From assembly GCF_009914755.1 (NCBI RefSeq), contig NC_060937.1: a stretch of DNA of 64,000 nucleotides, one strand, 5' to 3'. The DNA comes from the human T2T-CHM13v2.0 reference genome, Homo sapiens. A program made the translations under genes and the position numbers. Below, in pieces: positions 16,891 through 31,851 of the stretch; the stretch's first letter is position 1, and each line of letters opens with the position of its first letter. The notes beneath the pieces were generated by a model, which was given only the letters and a program-made list of their open reading frames with translations, had not been told where the DNA came from and did no database searches.

Positions 16891-17843
16891 GGGACATACA
16901 AATGTCCAACAAACATGAAAAATCTTTCACTACAACGAATTGTCACATAAATGCAAATTTAAACCACAGTGATACACCATTTTATCCCATTCAGAAAGGC
17001 TATTGTTAAGTCAAAAGCAAAAGATGTTGGCCAGAAAGTGGAGAAAAGGGAATGCATGTATACTGTTGGTTTGAATGTATATTGCTACGAGCTCTATGAA
17101 AAACTTTACGGAGATTTCTCAAAAAACTCTAGGATCTGAAGAGAAGCCTGAGTATTCCTCTCAAAGAACTATAAATAGCACTATCATTCAATTCATCAAT
17201 CCCACTACTGGGTATCTAACCAGAGGAAAAGAAATGATTATATCAAAAAGACACCTGCAGTTCTATGTATATTACAGTGTTATACACAATAGCAAAGTCA
17301 TGAAATAAACTTAAGTGTCCATCAACGGATGATTGTATTAAAAATGTGATATATATTTTTACGTAATATACCTTTTTAATATAATATATATAAGGCGATA
17401 CTTTCTAGCTATAAAAAAGAATGAAATCATGTATTTCACAGCAACATAGGTGGAACTGGAGCCCATTATTTTAAGTGAAATACTGCATGTTATCACTTAT
17501 CTGTGGGTGCTAAACAATGGATACACATGGATATGCAGAGTTTACTGGAAACTCCAAAATGTGGAAGTGAGGGAAAGTTGGGCGGGGTGTGAAGGATGAA
17601 ACAGGTTCAGGAAATAAAAATGCTGTTAGCTTAAATATATCTTTGTCAATGCAATTTCTTTTGAAAAAAATTTTTACCTTAGTAAGGACTCTGTGTCTAA
17701 TTTAGGCAAGATGGATGTTGAGATTTAACGTATTAACCTTAGGATTAAAATTTTCTGCCAAATGAATCTAATTTGCACAGTTATCACTCTTAAACCAAAC
17801 AGTAGAACAGACTTACTTTTAGTTAAAAAAATCTGATTTTATC

Positions 17844-18010
17844 TCTTTTTCTTTTCCTTTCTTTAAGAGATGGGGTCTCACTCTCTTGCCCAGATTAGAG
17901 TGCAGTGGCTCAATCATAGCTGACTGAACCCTAAAATCCTGGGCTTATAGGATCATCTCACTTCAGCCTGCCGAGTAACTGAGATTAAAGGCACAAGTCA
18001 TCACATCTTA
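17844..18010 (-). mobile_element. Old Alu monomer (FRAM/AluJ right arm)
   Basis: agagatggggtctcactctcttgcccagattagagtgcagtggctcaatcatagct; flanked by ctgatttta on both sides. Confidence 0.8.
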
Positions 18011-19149
18011 CTGATTTTACTTTCAAATCAAATAAAAATGTTAATTTATTTTTAAAAGGATATCGTAAAACTACTGAAAACTAAATTATAGAACACATGT
18101 TCTGATAGATTACTGAAATCCAGTTAATTCAAAATTAAACTGATGTAGATATCATAATCTAGTTTAAATAAAGTAATAAAAATAAGTTAATATGTCAATA
18201 TGCAATCACTCAGTGAATTTGTATTAATGTACCCAAATTTTAAGTTTTTAAGATAAAATGTATATGCTAAAATGTAGAACTTCTTAAGCATATATATATC
18301 TATCTATCTACACGTGTGTGTTGAATTCTTGTTTAGCTTTTGTTAATACTTAAATATAAATCAAAAGTAAAAATTATTGAAAATGGTGTTATTTAATTAG
18401 TTTTAATGTTTAAGTCTTTTTCTACCCACTTAATGAAGTAAAAGGTGTATATATAATCAATAATTTATTGGTGATATGGCTTTTTTTTTCAAGTAGGAAA
18501 AGGGAAATATTTAATAAGATGAAATAAAAAGAAAATTGTCTCTGATATATTTCATTATATAATTTTGCAAAATAAATTCAACTATATAAGTAGAATACAT
18601 CAATTATGAAAGAAAATAATAGACACAATTATCTATGAGTTGTCTCCAGTAAATTTTGCCAAAGCTGGTAGCCAAAAAATCAATTTTGTAGTCACATTTC
18701 AAAGTGTTGGTGCCTTACTTCATTCTGCTTTGGCTGTTTCAACCAGTCATTATTTTCAGAAAATGACTCTTCAGAATAAATTATGAGAATAATTAAAAAT
18801 TATTACTTATGTTCAAATACATTGAAATCACCTTTTAGCATTTAGTATTTATTACTTATCATCTCATTGCTTTGCTCTTTTGAGAATTCATCTCAAGAAA
18901 AATGTGTTCTTGGGCATATGTTAGTATATAAAGGAGTCCAAGTCCTTAAACAAAATAAGAAATTGCATTATTACCACTTTCTCTACCATACTTCTCAATC
19001 ATGAATATTTCTTACAGACCAAAATACCAAGTTCCTAACATCAGATTTCAGTCCTAACTTCGAGTTTACAAAGAAAATGGCAGGTGTACTGGGTTTTATG
19101 ATTCTTTAATCATTACAAGTAGCTTATTGTTTTGAGGAATTGAGAATAT

Positions 19150-20010
19150 TTATTTATTTTCTTCTTCTGAAAATGTATTATGCATAATATACATAGAGAA
19201 AAGTTGCTCCAGTGTATAGCTCTATGAATTTTTTGAAAGGCATTTAAATGCTATGTGATATCCTGATGCTGAAACAGAACAAAGTCATTACTGGAATAAC
19301 AGGTGAAATCCAAAAACAGTTTGAGGTTAAGTTATTAAGATACCATTTTTGGTTTCTTGATTTTTGACAGACTGTGAACATTTTAGATGTTCAAATTAGG
19401 GGCAACTGCATGAAGTGTGTATAGGAACTTTCCGTACTACCTTTGCAAACGCTTTGGAAATCTAAAATTATTCCAAGATAGAAAGGGTTTCGAGAAGAAA
19501 TAACTTGTGTAACCAGCACTTAGATAAAAAACAAACAAAATAAAACAGAACATTACAGCATCATGAAAAAGCCTTTGTACCTCATTCCAGTCACTATCCT
19601 CTGGAGGATAACCACTTACCTAAAATCCCACAGCACAGATTGATTAAACTTTTTAAAAAAAATTACATAAGTGGAATCAAATTGTATACACTTTCTTATG
19701 TTTGGTTTGTTTCACTGCATGTCATGGAAGTTAGACACAACCTTATTATTTCATGTTGCAAAATTTATTTATTCTTATTACCAGAGTGACTATATATTTT
19801 AAGGTAGCATAAATGTATTTATTCATTGTAGTACTGACAGACATTTAGGGTTGTTTTCACATTGTTGCTACTAAGAATAGCATACTATGCATGCTATGAC
19901 TGATCTTGAGCATATATTTCTATATATGTATTTCTATAGTGTATAAAAATAGGAGTAAAATTGCTGGTAAATTGCATAATTTACCTATATTTAGCATTAG
20001 TAGGACTGCT
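19150..20010 (-). mobile_element. L1ME-type 3' remnant interrupted by an opposite-strand L1 fragment
   Basis: gtgtatagctctatgaatttt...cttgtgtaaccagcac...agtggaatcaaattgtatacac...aggagtaaaattgctgg. Confidence 0.65.
19243..19485 (+). mobile_element. L1MC-type 3' terminal fragment
   Basis: taaatgctatgtgatatcctg...tataggaactttccgtactacctttgcaa...aaatctaaaattattccaa. Confidence 0.65.
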
Positions 20011-20156
20011 ATTTTGAATATTCCACATATGAACATGTGGATTTTGAAATTGATTCTGTGTGCTTCAGGCATTTGTATCTTAATGTGAAAATCTGTATAT
20101 TAGAAAATTGTAGATAATTTCTCATGTGTCATTAACTTCCACTAAATTGAATTTTT

Positions 20157-20494
<338 letters not shown>

Positions 20495-20903
20495 TGAAAC
20501 TATACTATTGTATACCCTAAATTTTAGTATCAAATATGTGTTACATAGTCAATAAACTATAGATCAATTTGGTAGTAAGGTGGCCATCATTATGCAAAAG
20601 TTGACATTTGTATAGTTTCAAGTTTAAGTAGCACAGGTATTTGCTTGAGTGTCATTTTGTGTGGTAACATGCTGTATTTGTGAACTGAACATTATACTGG
20701 ATTTAAATATGTAAGTTCAGAGGAAAAAGAGAGGTTGCCCTTAGCTGACTTACCCATTCAACATTTTTTTCTGTGTTGTGCGTCTATTGTAAGATGACAA
20801 TATGACTCAAGTCAGATTATCAGATCATTTTGGTATTTTTAAGATCAAGGTGACTTTTATAATATTAGACACAGATTACTGTTACTTTTCTAACTTTACA
20901 ATA

Positions 20904-21028
20904 AAAGTATCTCTACTAAGTGCTCTCAATTCTGGCAGAGTGCTAAAGTATCTCTACTAAGTGTTCTCAATTCTGGCAGAGTGCTAAAGTATCTCTACTA
21001 AGTGTTCTCAATTCTGGCAGAGTGCTAA
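20904..21028. repeat. 41-bp minisatellite, 3 copies
   Basis: aaagtatctctactaagtg(c/t)tctcaattctggcagagtgct starting at 20904, 20945 and 20986. Confidence 0.97.
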
Positions 21029-21169
21029 TGAGTATTAATATGTCACAGAGTGATATATACAGATGATTCTGCCTTAAATATTATTCCTTAGATAATGATT
21101 TTATTGAAAGCAATGACAACTGACAATCAGTAAGATGATTATTAAGCAGTTTTTGTTCAAAGAAATCCT

Positions 21170-21497
21170 ATAAATAGAGAGAAGAGAAAGATAGTAATAG
21201 AGATAGAATAATAGCAAATGAGAGACCAAGAGTGAGAGGGGAAGAAGGAGAAGTAGGAGAAAGGAGGAAGAGGAGGGGCAGGAAGAGGAGAGTGAAAGGA
21301 ATAAAAAGAAGAGAAATATCTATTCATATAACTATCCAAATACGCATATATGTATATATATGTATATATTATATATGAGTATATACATGTATATGTGTGT
21401 GTGTATATGTATGCATATATATACATACATATACGTGTGTGTATATATGTGTATCTATATGTATGTATATATGTATATATATACACACACATATACA
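21170..21497. repeat. GA-rich tract followed by (TA/TG/CA)n low-complexity tract
   Basis: Direct inspection. Confidence 0.85.
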
Positions 21498-21760
21498 AAG
21501 AGGGACAAAAGGAATAATTTGGGCTAAATATTACAGTTCCCATCATTCATCATTCTATACTTTTCAAATAACAATAGAAAAGCCGCCAAGCCAACTGACA
21601 GTAGGACATGCTTAAAATGATGTAAATTCATTCTGTTTATCTTTCCTGTGAATACTTTCACTCTGAATCCAGTTCCTGTAGTTCCCTTTATGGGGTTTTA
21701 TAACTAGCATTGCCAAGCTGCTTATATTTCTTTGTAATAATTTGCCATATATGGCCAACA

Positions 21761-22591
21761 ACATGAACAGACAATTTTGCAAAGAAGACATACATATGGA
21801 CAATAATCATATGAAAAAAAAACTCAGTATCACTGATCACTAGGGAAATGCATATGAAAACCATAATCAGTTACCATTTAACATCGATCAGAATAGCTAT
21901 TAAAGTCCAAAAATAGTAGATGCTGGCAAGATTGTGGAGAAAAAGGAATGTTTATTCACTGTTGGTGGGAGCATAAATTAGTTCAATCATTGCAGAAGAC
22001 AGTGTGATGATTCCTCAAAGACCTATAAACAGAAATACCATTCGACCCACCAATCCCATTACTGGATATACACCCAAAGGAATACACATCATTCTATTAT
22101 AAAGACATACGTACATGTATACTTACTGCAACACTAGTCACAATAGGAAAGACATGGAATCAACCCAAATGCACATCAATAGTAGACTGGGTAAGAAAAA
22201 TGTGGTACATATACACCTTGGAATACTATACAGCTATAAAGGAATGAGGTCATGTCTTTTGCAGGAACATGAATGGAGCTGGAGGCCATTATCCTTAGCA
22301 AACACACATAGGAACAGAAAACCAAATACTGAATATTCTCACTTTTAAGTGGGAGCTAAATAATGAGAACACATGGACATATAGAGAAAAACAACCCACA
22401 ATGGGCCTATCAGAGGGTGGAGGATGGGAGGAGGGAGAAGATCAGGAAAAATAACTGATTGGTACTAGGCTTAACACCTGAGTGATGAAATAATCTGTAC
22501 AACAAATCCCCATGACACAAGTTTACCCATATAACAAACCTGCACTTGCAACCCTGAACTTAAATAAAAGTTAAAAAACCCAAAGGAACAG
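21761..22591 (+). mobile_element. 5'-truncated older L1PA (approx. PA13-PA16) 3' end
   Basis: ORF2 C-terminus and 3' UTR (gaaataatctgtacaacaaatccccatgacacaagtttacc). 12-bp TSD atatggccaaca at 21749-21760 / 22592-22603. Confidence 0.9.
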
Positions 22592-23561
22592 ATATGGCCA
22601 ACACTTTCACTTTGTTATTCTCAAAACTCAGCAAAGAAAAAAAATGAAAGGAGAGAAATGTTAAAGCTAAATGTTATTGCTCTCAAAAAACTTTGTCTTT
22701 AATCACCTTCCTCAATCAGCTGCACATACACACAAACACAGACACACACACATATAGCCACACACAGAGCAGATACTCACAGGTGTTTTGCTCATCTCCA
22801 TTCCACTAGCGATGCCTCTTACCGCCCTCTAATTTGTTACTTGCTTCAATTCCTTGATATTTATATCTGTTTCTTTTTAACAATGCTTATTCCAAGATAG
22901 TGGGGGAATTTTTTCTGCCTCATAAAAATTAATTTATTTTAAGAACCATGTGCATGAACATGGGGACATGCGTGTCTTCAAGGGAAGTCTTTGGCTTCTG
23001 TCTGTAGAATATAGTCTGTTATTGTTGCTTGGGAAATTGAATCATATTATTTGAACATCTTACCATTTTTCCCTTTTATATTAAACAGCCTCCAATATTC
23101 TGGTTAGAGTAAAACTTTAGAAATTTTAGAAATTTTCTCTTTATGACTCCTTTGCTAGTTTATAATTGACATCTTTTTTAAATGACAATTTATGCAGATG
23201 ATTATAATAAAAGTAGTAAGAGTAACAATAATGGTTTTAGTTATAGTAGTAGTACTCCCTATGTAAAGTGAGCTTTCCTGACCTCATCAGTCCAATATTA
23301 TTATTTGTATTATCTTATGGACCCCTATCATAATAAAAATAAATGAGAATTAAGCTGTCATCCATATATGACTTATCAAAGGATAAATATTTTATGTAGA
23401 TTTAGAAAAGGGTTCATTGAAAATGTTAAATAGTCATGAGTATTTATTCAATGACAGTTTAAAAATGAGTTCCCCCTGGAATACTTAAATAAAGTAGTCT
23501 TTATTTTACATGTACTTCCCAAAAATGTAGAATTTTTTAGAATGTTGGATCAAACAGATTA

Positions 23562-23563
<2 letters not shown>

Positions 23564-23594
<31 letters not shown>
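23564..23594. repeat. (AT)n microsatellite
   Basis: About 15 perfect AT units. Confidence 0.95.
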
Positions 23595-23596
<2 letters not shown>

Positions 23597-23973
23597 CACC
23601 TTAAATCATATTCAGGGACCAGATCCCAACTCTGCTCAGAAGGAATTCTTAGACTCATAAATTAGGTCATGGAAGATTGTACAAACAAGAATTAATTTTG
23701 ACATAATTTGAAAAGCACAGGATATAGTTTCAAATCCAATAATCAAAACATAATTATATATAGAAATCCTGGTAAGTTCTATAATTTCAACCAGGTCATA
23801 AAATCATGGCACAACTTTTGCAAGAAAAACTTTCCTAACACTCTGCTTGATATGGAAAAAAAAAAAAAAAAACCACCCACACACATTTTAAAAGATTTTT
23901 TTAACATAGATTTCTTGTTAAAGATATTCAGTAAATGGACCTGCCTAAGAAAATGAACAAAATTAGAATATTA

Positions 23974-24369
<396 letters not shown>

Positions 24370-26199
24370 TTACTGTCATAATTACAATGTTGCATTGTCA
24401 AAACGTCTTGCAGTTTCATCGTTTACAAAATATTCACATTTAAATGTGGAAAGAATTGTCATATCACTTGGTGCCTCACTTTAAATTACAATAAGCAAAT
24501 TGAAGTGAGAACAAAAAGGACAATGAATATGTAGTTTGTTACTCAAGAACCCCAAGCAATATAAAAGTAACAGTGACAAATGTGTAGTTTTGTTTTATTT
24601 ATATCAGTCAGACATTAATTATATCATACATACTACACGGCAGTTACACTGAATTTATTGATCAATCTTTTAACAACATTGATATATATAGAAAATACTT
24701 TGTTCAGATGTGACCAGCTTGCAGAAGAAAAATGCACGTGTACAAGCAGTTTAAAATATATGCATATACACATTAAAAAATGAATGGCAAAGTAACATCT
24801 AAAATGCAATATAGAGAACAGAAATGAAGGAGAGAGCAAAAGGGCTTCAATTGTATGTAATACATTGTTATTATTTTTAAAATATGTCTAAGGACAATAC
24901 AGTATAATATTAAGGAATGATCTAATCTCACCTAAGTGATCAACATAAAATTTTATAATTCCATTGTTTTAAATATTAAATAGTTAATCTTAAAATTAAT
25001 AGAACAAGTCAAAATATGTTTGAATTAAAAGGAGTAAGTAAAATAAATAAAAGAGATAATTTTAAAGTTAATCATCAAAATGCACCTAACAAAATTCTAA
25101 ATACCTGGTAAAGAAGGCTTATCAATAAGATTTTTAAACACTTAAGCTTTCAATTCAGAAATAAGCAAGATTCAATGATCTGGTAAGATTTTATAAGAAA
25201 CAGATTTTAGAATTAGCAAAGCAGGACTGGGTCATAAAACCAGGTTAACTTCAATTTTTCAAAATGAAATAATTATAAAAATTTTACTTATCAGATGTAT
25301 ATGTAAATATTAATCGTAACCAATATTTCAATGATTTTAAGAAATAAAATATTTTTCAGATTTCTGACATAATGTTAATTACATTCTATTACTTGTTTCC
25401 TTACTCATTTTTATGTTATATAGAATTTCAAACCCTAAAGAAGCACGATTTTAAATTTTCTAGAAAAGCTCAATTTAACTTCTTGATGCTGTATTTATTA
25501 GTCCTACCCAATGGACCATAGTATTTGAAGACACAACAGAAAATACAAATTGGCCAAAAAGAAACAAAAAACTTACAAGTAAATTTCTACCTGAAACCTC
25601 TGTTAACTTTTGTAACCATATTTTTCCCATGGAGTATATGATGAAATATTTCCTATTACAAATATGTTTCCAGATGTAATACACATAACCATCCTATAGC
25701 CAGGTTTTTATAATATATAAGAAATGTTTTTGAAATGTAAATATTTGTATGTATTCATCGCTTTTAATTTTAAAACCTATAGCACTCCATTATTATTTAA
25801 TCCTCTTTATATTGCATATTTGCTTCGTCAACTTTTTACTATTTTAAATAGTATTCTATTATTCAGATAAAAATGGAAACTAATCACACTCTTATATTAA
25901 ACTCTAGAATAATGAGTGTATTGTGGCATATGCGTACTTTAAATAACTTGACACATTTGGACAATTGTTCTATAGAAAATTGTAGTAATTTACATTTTTT
26001 TGCATATTATAATTTTGTCTCTCTTTAAAATAGAAATTCTAGTTTTAAGCAATTCTTATTCTATGTTGTTAGAAGTCTTTCCCCACATATCCACCGTATT
26101 CAAACCCTTGGCTTCCCGAGATCAACATTAAATGTTTTCTATACTTCCAAAATGTCTCCAGACTGACATAGTAATTGTTAAAAATCCAACAAAAAGATC

Positions 26200-29100
26200 C
26201 TAATTCACTTTCTGAGACTCAAATAAATTATTATCAATTCCTTCAGAAAAAAATCCTACTTGTGTATTTTTCAGTTTGCATAGAATATAAAGATTAATTT
26301 GGAGAGAATTGACAGCTTCAAAATCTATCCAAGAACTTAGTAAATCTATCCATTCATTTACATCTTTACTTATTTTCAGTAATATTTTGCAGTTTTAAGC
26401 ATACAAAACTTACAAATATTTGAATAAACTGATACTCAGGCATTTTATTTTATGATGATAATGATAATGGTATTTTCTTATTTCAATTTTCAGTTGTCTC
26501 CTTATTATTTATAAATATAATTGCTTATTTATCACATTGTTCCTGTCTCCAGTAGCCTCACTTAACTGCTCTCAAGCTTGTAAAAGATTTCTTTTTGGTT
26601 TCATTGAACATTTTAGCGACTTTTTTAACACACAAACAAGCCATCACAAATTGACAAAATTTTATTCGACCCATTCATTATTTTTATTATTCTTTATTTC
26701 TTTCCCTTGCCTATTGCACTAGCTAGGACCGTGAGCACAATGTTAACCAAAAATGATGAGAACAGATAGATATCTTTTTTGTTTCTCTTCTGAGGAGGAA
26801 AACATTTAGTCTATAACTATTAAGTATAATGTTAGCTATTTATTTTTATTATAGAATTTAAGATCGAGAAAGTTTTCTTCTCTTCCTGGCTTTCTGAGAG
26901 TTTAAATTATAAATGGTACTGAGTGTTGGAAAATGTATTTTTTTCCTTGCATGGATTGAGTGGATAATTATATATTTTACTTTTATTTCAAATTATAGTA
27001 ATATTCAAAATTATATCAATTGATGTTTAAATGTTAACAACACATAGATGTTATTAGAAAATCATATTTGATCATATTTTTCTTTAGTGGTAATGTTTTG
27101 TTCAGTATTTTTAGTCCATAGTCCCAAAGCATTATAGCTGACATCCTAAAGCTTAAGTTTCTTTCTTCTTACTTTTTCAGTGTTGCTATCAAAGTAATTT
27201 TAGCATCCTCATATGATTAAGAAAGGACTCTCTGATTCTCTATATAATAAAGAAATTTGAATGGGAATAAAGGTATTTTTTTCAAGTCTTCATATCATTC
27301 ATTAATAAAGTTTTCTGCGTGTTGAGTTTTCTTTATGTCAAGATTTATAATTACAAGTTCATTCAAAATATATACTATTATTGATCTTTTTTATTCTTAA
27401 ATCATTTTGGTAATATGTGACTTCTGAGAAAGTTATGCATTTTTATCTAGATTGCCAAATGTACTGACATAAAATATTTAAAAATATTTCTGGATTATTA
27501 TTTCATATTGTAGGGTTTGCACTGATGTCCCCTTGTTTATCCTCAATTTCTACAAACAGTTTCATTTCTTTTTTAATTCTGCTAAGTTTAATTAAAGTCA
27601 TTAAGAAATTTTTTTGAGAATTTTTGCTTTTTATTTCCTCCTTTGCTCTACTCAATATATGTTAGTTATTTTTCTCTCCAGTGAAAAACTCACATTATTA
27701 ATTTAAAACTTATCTTCTTTTCTGATAAAACCATTTAAAGCCACAATTTTTGCTATAAGCACTGCTTTAACTGTATCTCATAAATTATGTTATGTTGTAT
27801 ATTCATTTCCTTCTAATTAATTTTGAAGGAACTTTTAATTTACAAGTATACAGTTTTTCTATTATGAATATAATGACTCCATTTTGTTATGCTTAAAATT
27901 TTCATGATATGTAGCTTTTATCATTTTTTCTTTAAACTTAAAGTAGGATTTTGGTGAAAAGCATCTAATTTGACTGTCTTTTAGTTATTAGTACATTTAA
28001 TTTAAATTCATTTGATTATTGATAAATTTGAATTCTAATATGCATTTATGCTTTTTGCTTTCTATATCACCTATCTGTTCTTTGTTATTTTTTCAATCTT
28101 TAATGCATTTTTTGGACTAAATAATTTTTTAGCATTTTTATACTCTATCATCAGATTAATATGTAACAAAGTTTGGTTTAATTTTGTCAGTGTTCTTTGT
28201 ACTTATTGCTCTATGGTTTAAAACATGCATCTTTATCATAATCTACCTTAAAATAATACTATGTAAGTGCAAGTAATGTTAAACTCTTACACCGTTATAC
28301 TTCCATTTCTACCCTTTTAACTCTGGATTGATTACTGTCATATGATTTACTTCTACATGTATTATGAACTCTATAAATCATTGTAGTTTTTGCTCCAATC
28401 TGTCAATTACCTATTAAAAACTGAAAAAAATAAATTAGTTATCTAAAAGTGTATAACAAATTACCACAAACTAAGAGGCTCAAAATAATACATATTTATT
28501 GTATCACAGTTTCTGTCCATTGGGGAAAATAGATATAACTTTTGGATTCTCTTCTTTAGGTTTTCACACAAGGCGAAAATCAAGGTAGTAACATCCAGGG
28601 GCTGAATTATCCTGAGTGTTTGACTCAGCACCTTAACCACTTGCAAGCTCACGTATTTGCTGGAAAAAATTCAGCTCCTCAAAATTTGTTGGACAGAGGG
28701 TCTCAGTATCAAGCTGACTGTTGGCAGGAGAACATCTTCGATTCCTTGTCAGGTGTTGCTACAACATGGCAGCTGACTTCATCCAAACCAAGGAAGGTGC
28801 TCATGCAATAGAGTCTGCCAGAATACAGTAAGTCATGATCCCATGTAGCCTAGACACAAAAGTGACTTCCTAGAACTTGTACAATTTCTATTCATCAGAA
28901 GTAAGTCACACATTTTGCCCACATTCCAGAGGAGAAAGATTACACAAAGATGTGAATATTAAAAGGTGGAGATCATGAGAAGACGTCTTGAAGACTGCTA
29001 CTATAATGCATTTTATATTTATTTATATATTTATAATTTCTAAATGTTTTCATTATCTGTGGAGACACAATTTTCTATCATGCAACATTTTCTTTCTATG

Positions 29101-29700
29101 AGAATAATTTTCTATAACATTTCTAATACCATTGTTCTGCTTACAATTTACATTTCATTATTATTCCGTTCTTTTTTATTTTCTCAAAAAATCCAATTAT
29201 ACTCTCATTTTTAAATTGCATTTTCACTCATATAAAACATTGTTATTTTTATCTTTTTTCTTCTACACTTTTAGCCACCTTTTCCACTTGTCTGTGTATA
29301 TGTTGTGTTTCAATACTTGAAAACACTTTTAATACTAGCTTTAACATTTTTGTCTTCTAGCTTCATCATCTCTCTCATTCCTGGAACTCTTTGTGCCATA
29401 CTAAATTTTTTATGGATTATATAGTTCTGCTTTTTGCATGCCCACTAGTTTTTTAATCTCTGTTGTTGTTTGTTGTATTTTTATTATTGGATTTTGGATT
29501 GTAAATATTACATAGTTCTGGCTTTCAACTTTGTTTCTTCTGTTTTTACTGCCAGGCTTTTTTTGGTACCAGCCTTTTTTTGGCAGGCAAATAAATTTTT
29601 GCCTGCCAAAAACTTTTATACTAGGTTTTATCTCCCTGCAGCTTGCTTCACTTTGTAAAGTGATTTTCAAAGGATGGGCATTTATTTTATTTCATTCTAG
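26200..29700 (-). mobile_element. Ancient L1M ORF2/ORF1 remnant, interrupted by an MLT1 LTR
   Basis: Antisense L1 motifs: cttgcctattgcactagctaggacc, taagtataatgttagcta, taagcactgctttaactgtatctcataaatt. Confidence 0.7.
28435..29004 (-). mobile_element. MLT1-type MaLR LTR
   Basis: ataacaaattaccacaaact...atttattgtatcacagtttctg...gaagtaagtcac...gattacacaaagatgtgaat. Confidence 0.75.
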
Positions 29701-31851
29701 GTATAATTCAGCCTGACTACTAAGACACATCACTCTCTATAGTCTCCATTGTGTACCTCAATGATTAAGTACTTTCTACTCTGATTAGGCAGAGCTCAAA
29801 TGTCATCTGCTTTGTGTAATTCCTGAAATTTTAGTTTGCATCTGTCCTGTCATTCTTTGACTACTTTGTGACTTTTAAATTTATATCCAGAGAAGGTAGA
29901 ACCCAGCAAAGACTCAAATGGGTCCTTATAAATATTCAGAGAGCCTTTATTTGCATAAGAAATAAAATTTTTCCTGCAACTTCTGTTAGCCTCATCTCCC
30001 ATACATTTCTATCTCCGTCTCTACCTCATCAAGTTTGGCAATTTCTATTTGGATTTCCTTTCCCTGTGCCTGCATTACAGGAGCTTTCTCTAAGTGTTAG
30101 TAAGCTGAAGCAATGGGAGGATTAACTTCATTTTCCCCTCTCTCAGAGATCATATTTCTGCACTTTTGTTCATTGTCTAAAAATATTGTTTTATATATGT
30201 GCCTATTTTCTAGTTGTGTAGAGAAGAGTATTTTTTCCTCATTGATCAGATATTCAAAAATTATATTTTGACACAGTATTGTGAATATGCTTGTTACCAT
30301 ATCATTGAATTATGTTACGTGAGTGTTGAAAAGTTTTGAGTGCGTATATTTATTTTGTATCTTAGGAAACAACTTGGTGTTCTAAAAGAGTCAGCATTCC
30401 TTAGAGAGTAACGCATTCTATGGTTAGAATAGATAAATCTGAGTCATCTCTTTGTAGTTAAAGAGCAAGAATGGTTTTTAAGCTATCCAAAAATAGTGTT
30501 TATGATAGAGTCTACCTTGTAGATATTACTACTATTATTTATATAATTTTAATAGCTATAAAAATTATTAGTTTTAACTGGCAAGAGTTGAAATAGCAGT
30601 TTCTTATGAAAAGTGATCAAAATAGGGAAAATAATTTATTTATATAAGTAATATGCAATACTTTGTGTTGTTCAAATTAAACACGCTTTCATTATTGGGG
30701 ATTTTTTAGTAATTGTTTTTATGATAATGGGCATTATTTGGTTTTCTACCTTATATGCAATTAATATTTTTAAAAGACTAAAAAGATGAGGACAATTAAC
30801 TTGATAGTGAGGGGAGAGAGTGGACTTCAACAATTGCCCTTCAGTGACCTTCGATTCTGTCTTCCAGTGGCACTGTAGCTGATAAATTAATCCTAGATTC
30901 ATGTAGCTTATTGGATTAACTCAGAATGTGTTGGAGTTGTTACACATTTTTTGCATTTTTTGAGACAGCAAGAACCTTCTAGCTAGAGCCTCTAGAACAA
31001 TAAGAGTAATCTTTAGAAATTTAAGGATGAGTGGGTTTCTTGAAAAACCTGATTGTATCTCAACCTTCATTAGATGATGTGCTTGACAGTTGCCTGTTTT
31101 GAATTGAAACATTGTAAATGCTGGTCTCTGATTGAAGCATTATAATATATACCTCGACTCAGTAGTTCTCTATAAACAAAGTACCATTCTTTTTCTATAT
31201 TATAAGAACTTTTATCATTTACCTGTTATGTTACTGTATTTTCTTTAATCACATCTCTCATGATGCTGTTTCATAGAAACTAAATATAAATTCATTATTT
31301 AAACTGTCTCCCCACTCTAGTGAGAAAAGTGTATTGACACAAACAAAAGGTTTAAATGAAATATATCATATATCCTATACTATATAATATACAGAAATCA
31401 ACTATTAAAGCATTGATTTTAATTTTATACAATTCTGATTGTGTGGTGTTTAGGATAAAATATCATTTTTTAAACAAAGACATTCTCTTCTACAATGCAG
31501 TTTAGTATGAAGCACAAAAGTCAACACTTTATATGACCACAGTTATAATTTATTGATACAGTGTTTGAATAGCACAAAGAATTGCAAATTACAAAAGTAA
31601 TTTCTTAGGCAGAAAGGAGAAATAACATCTGGATGATTTTAGTTCTAGAGAGATATATTAAAAGTTTCTTCATGATTTATATAAATTGCATGATTAGTTA
31701 AGTAATTTCTCCCAAACTAATTTTGATTTCACAGTATTTGCAGGAGGAACCAGAATTCAAATAACATCATAGTTTTATATGAATATGGGTACACATCTGC
31801 TGCCATTATCTATAAATGATAGTTTAGTACACCTGGATAGGATGAAGTAAT

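Noticed and set aside
20904-21028. CRISPR-like array
   Set aside because: Repeats are contiguous with no spacers, and the context is a primate genome.
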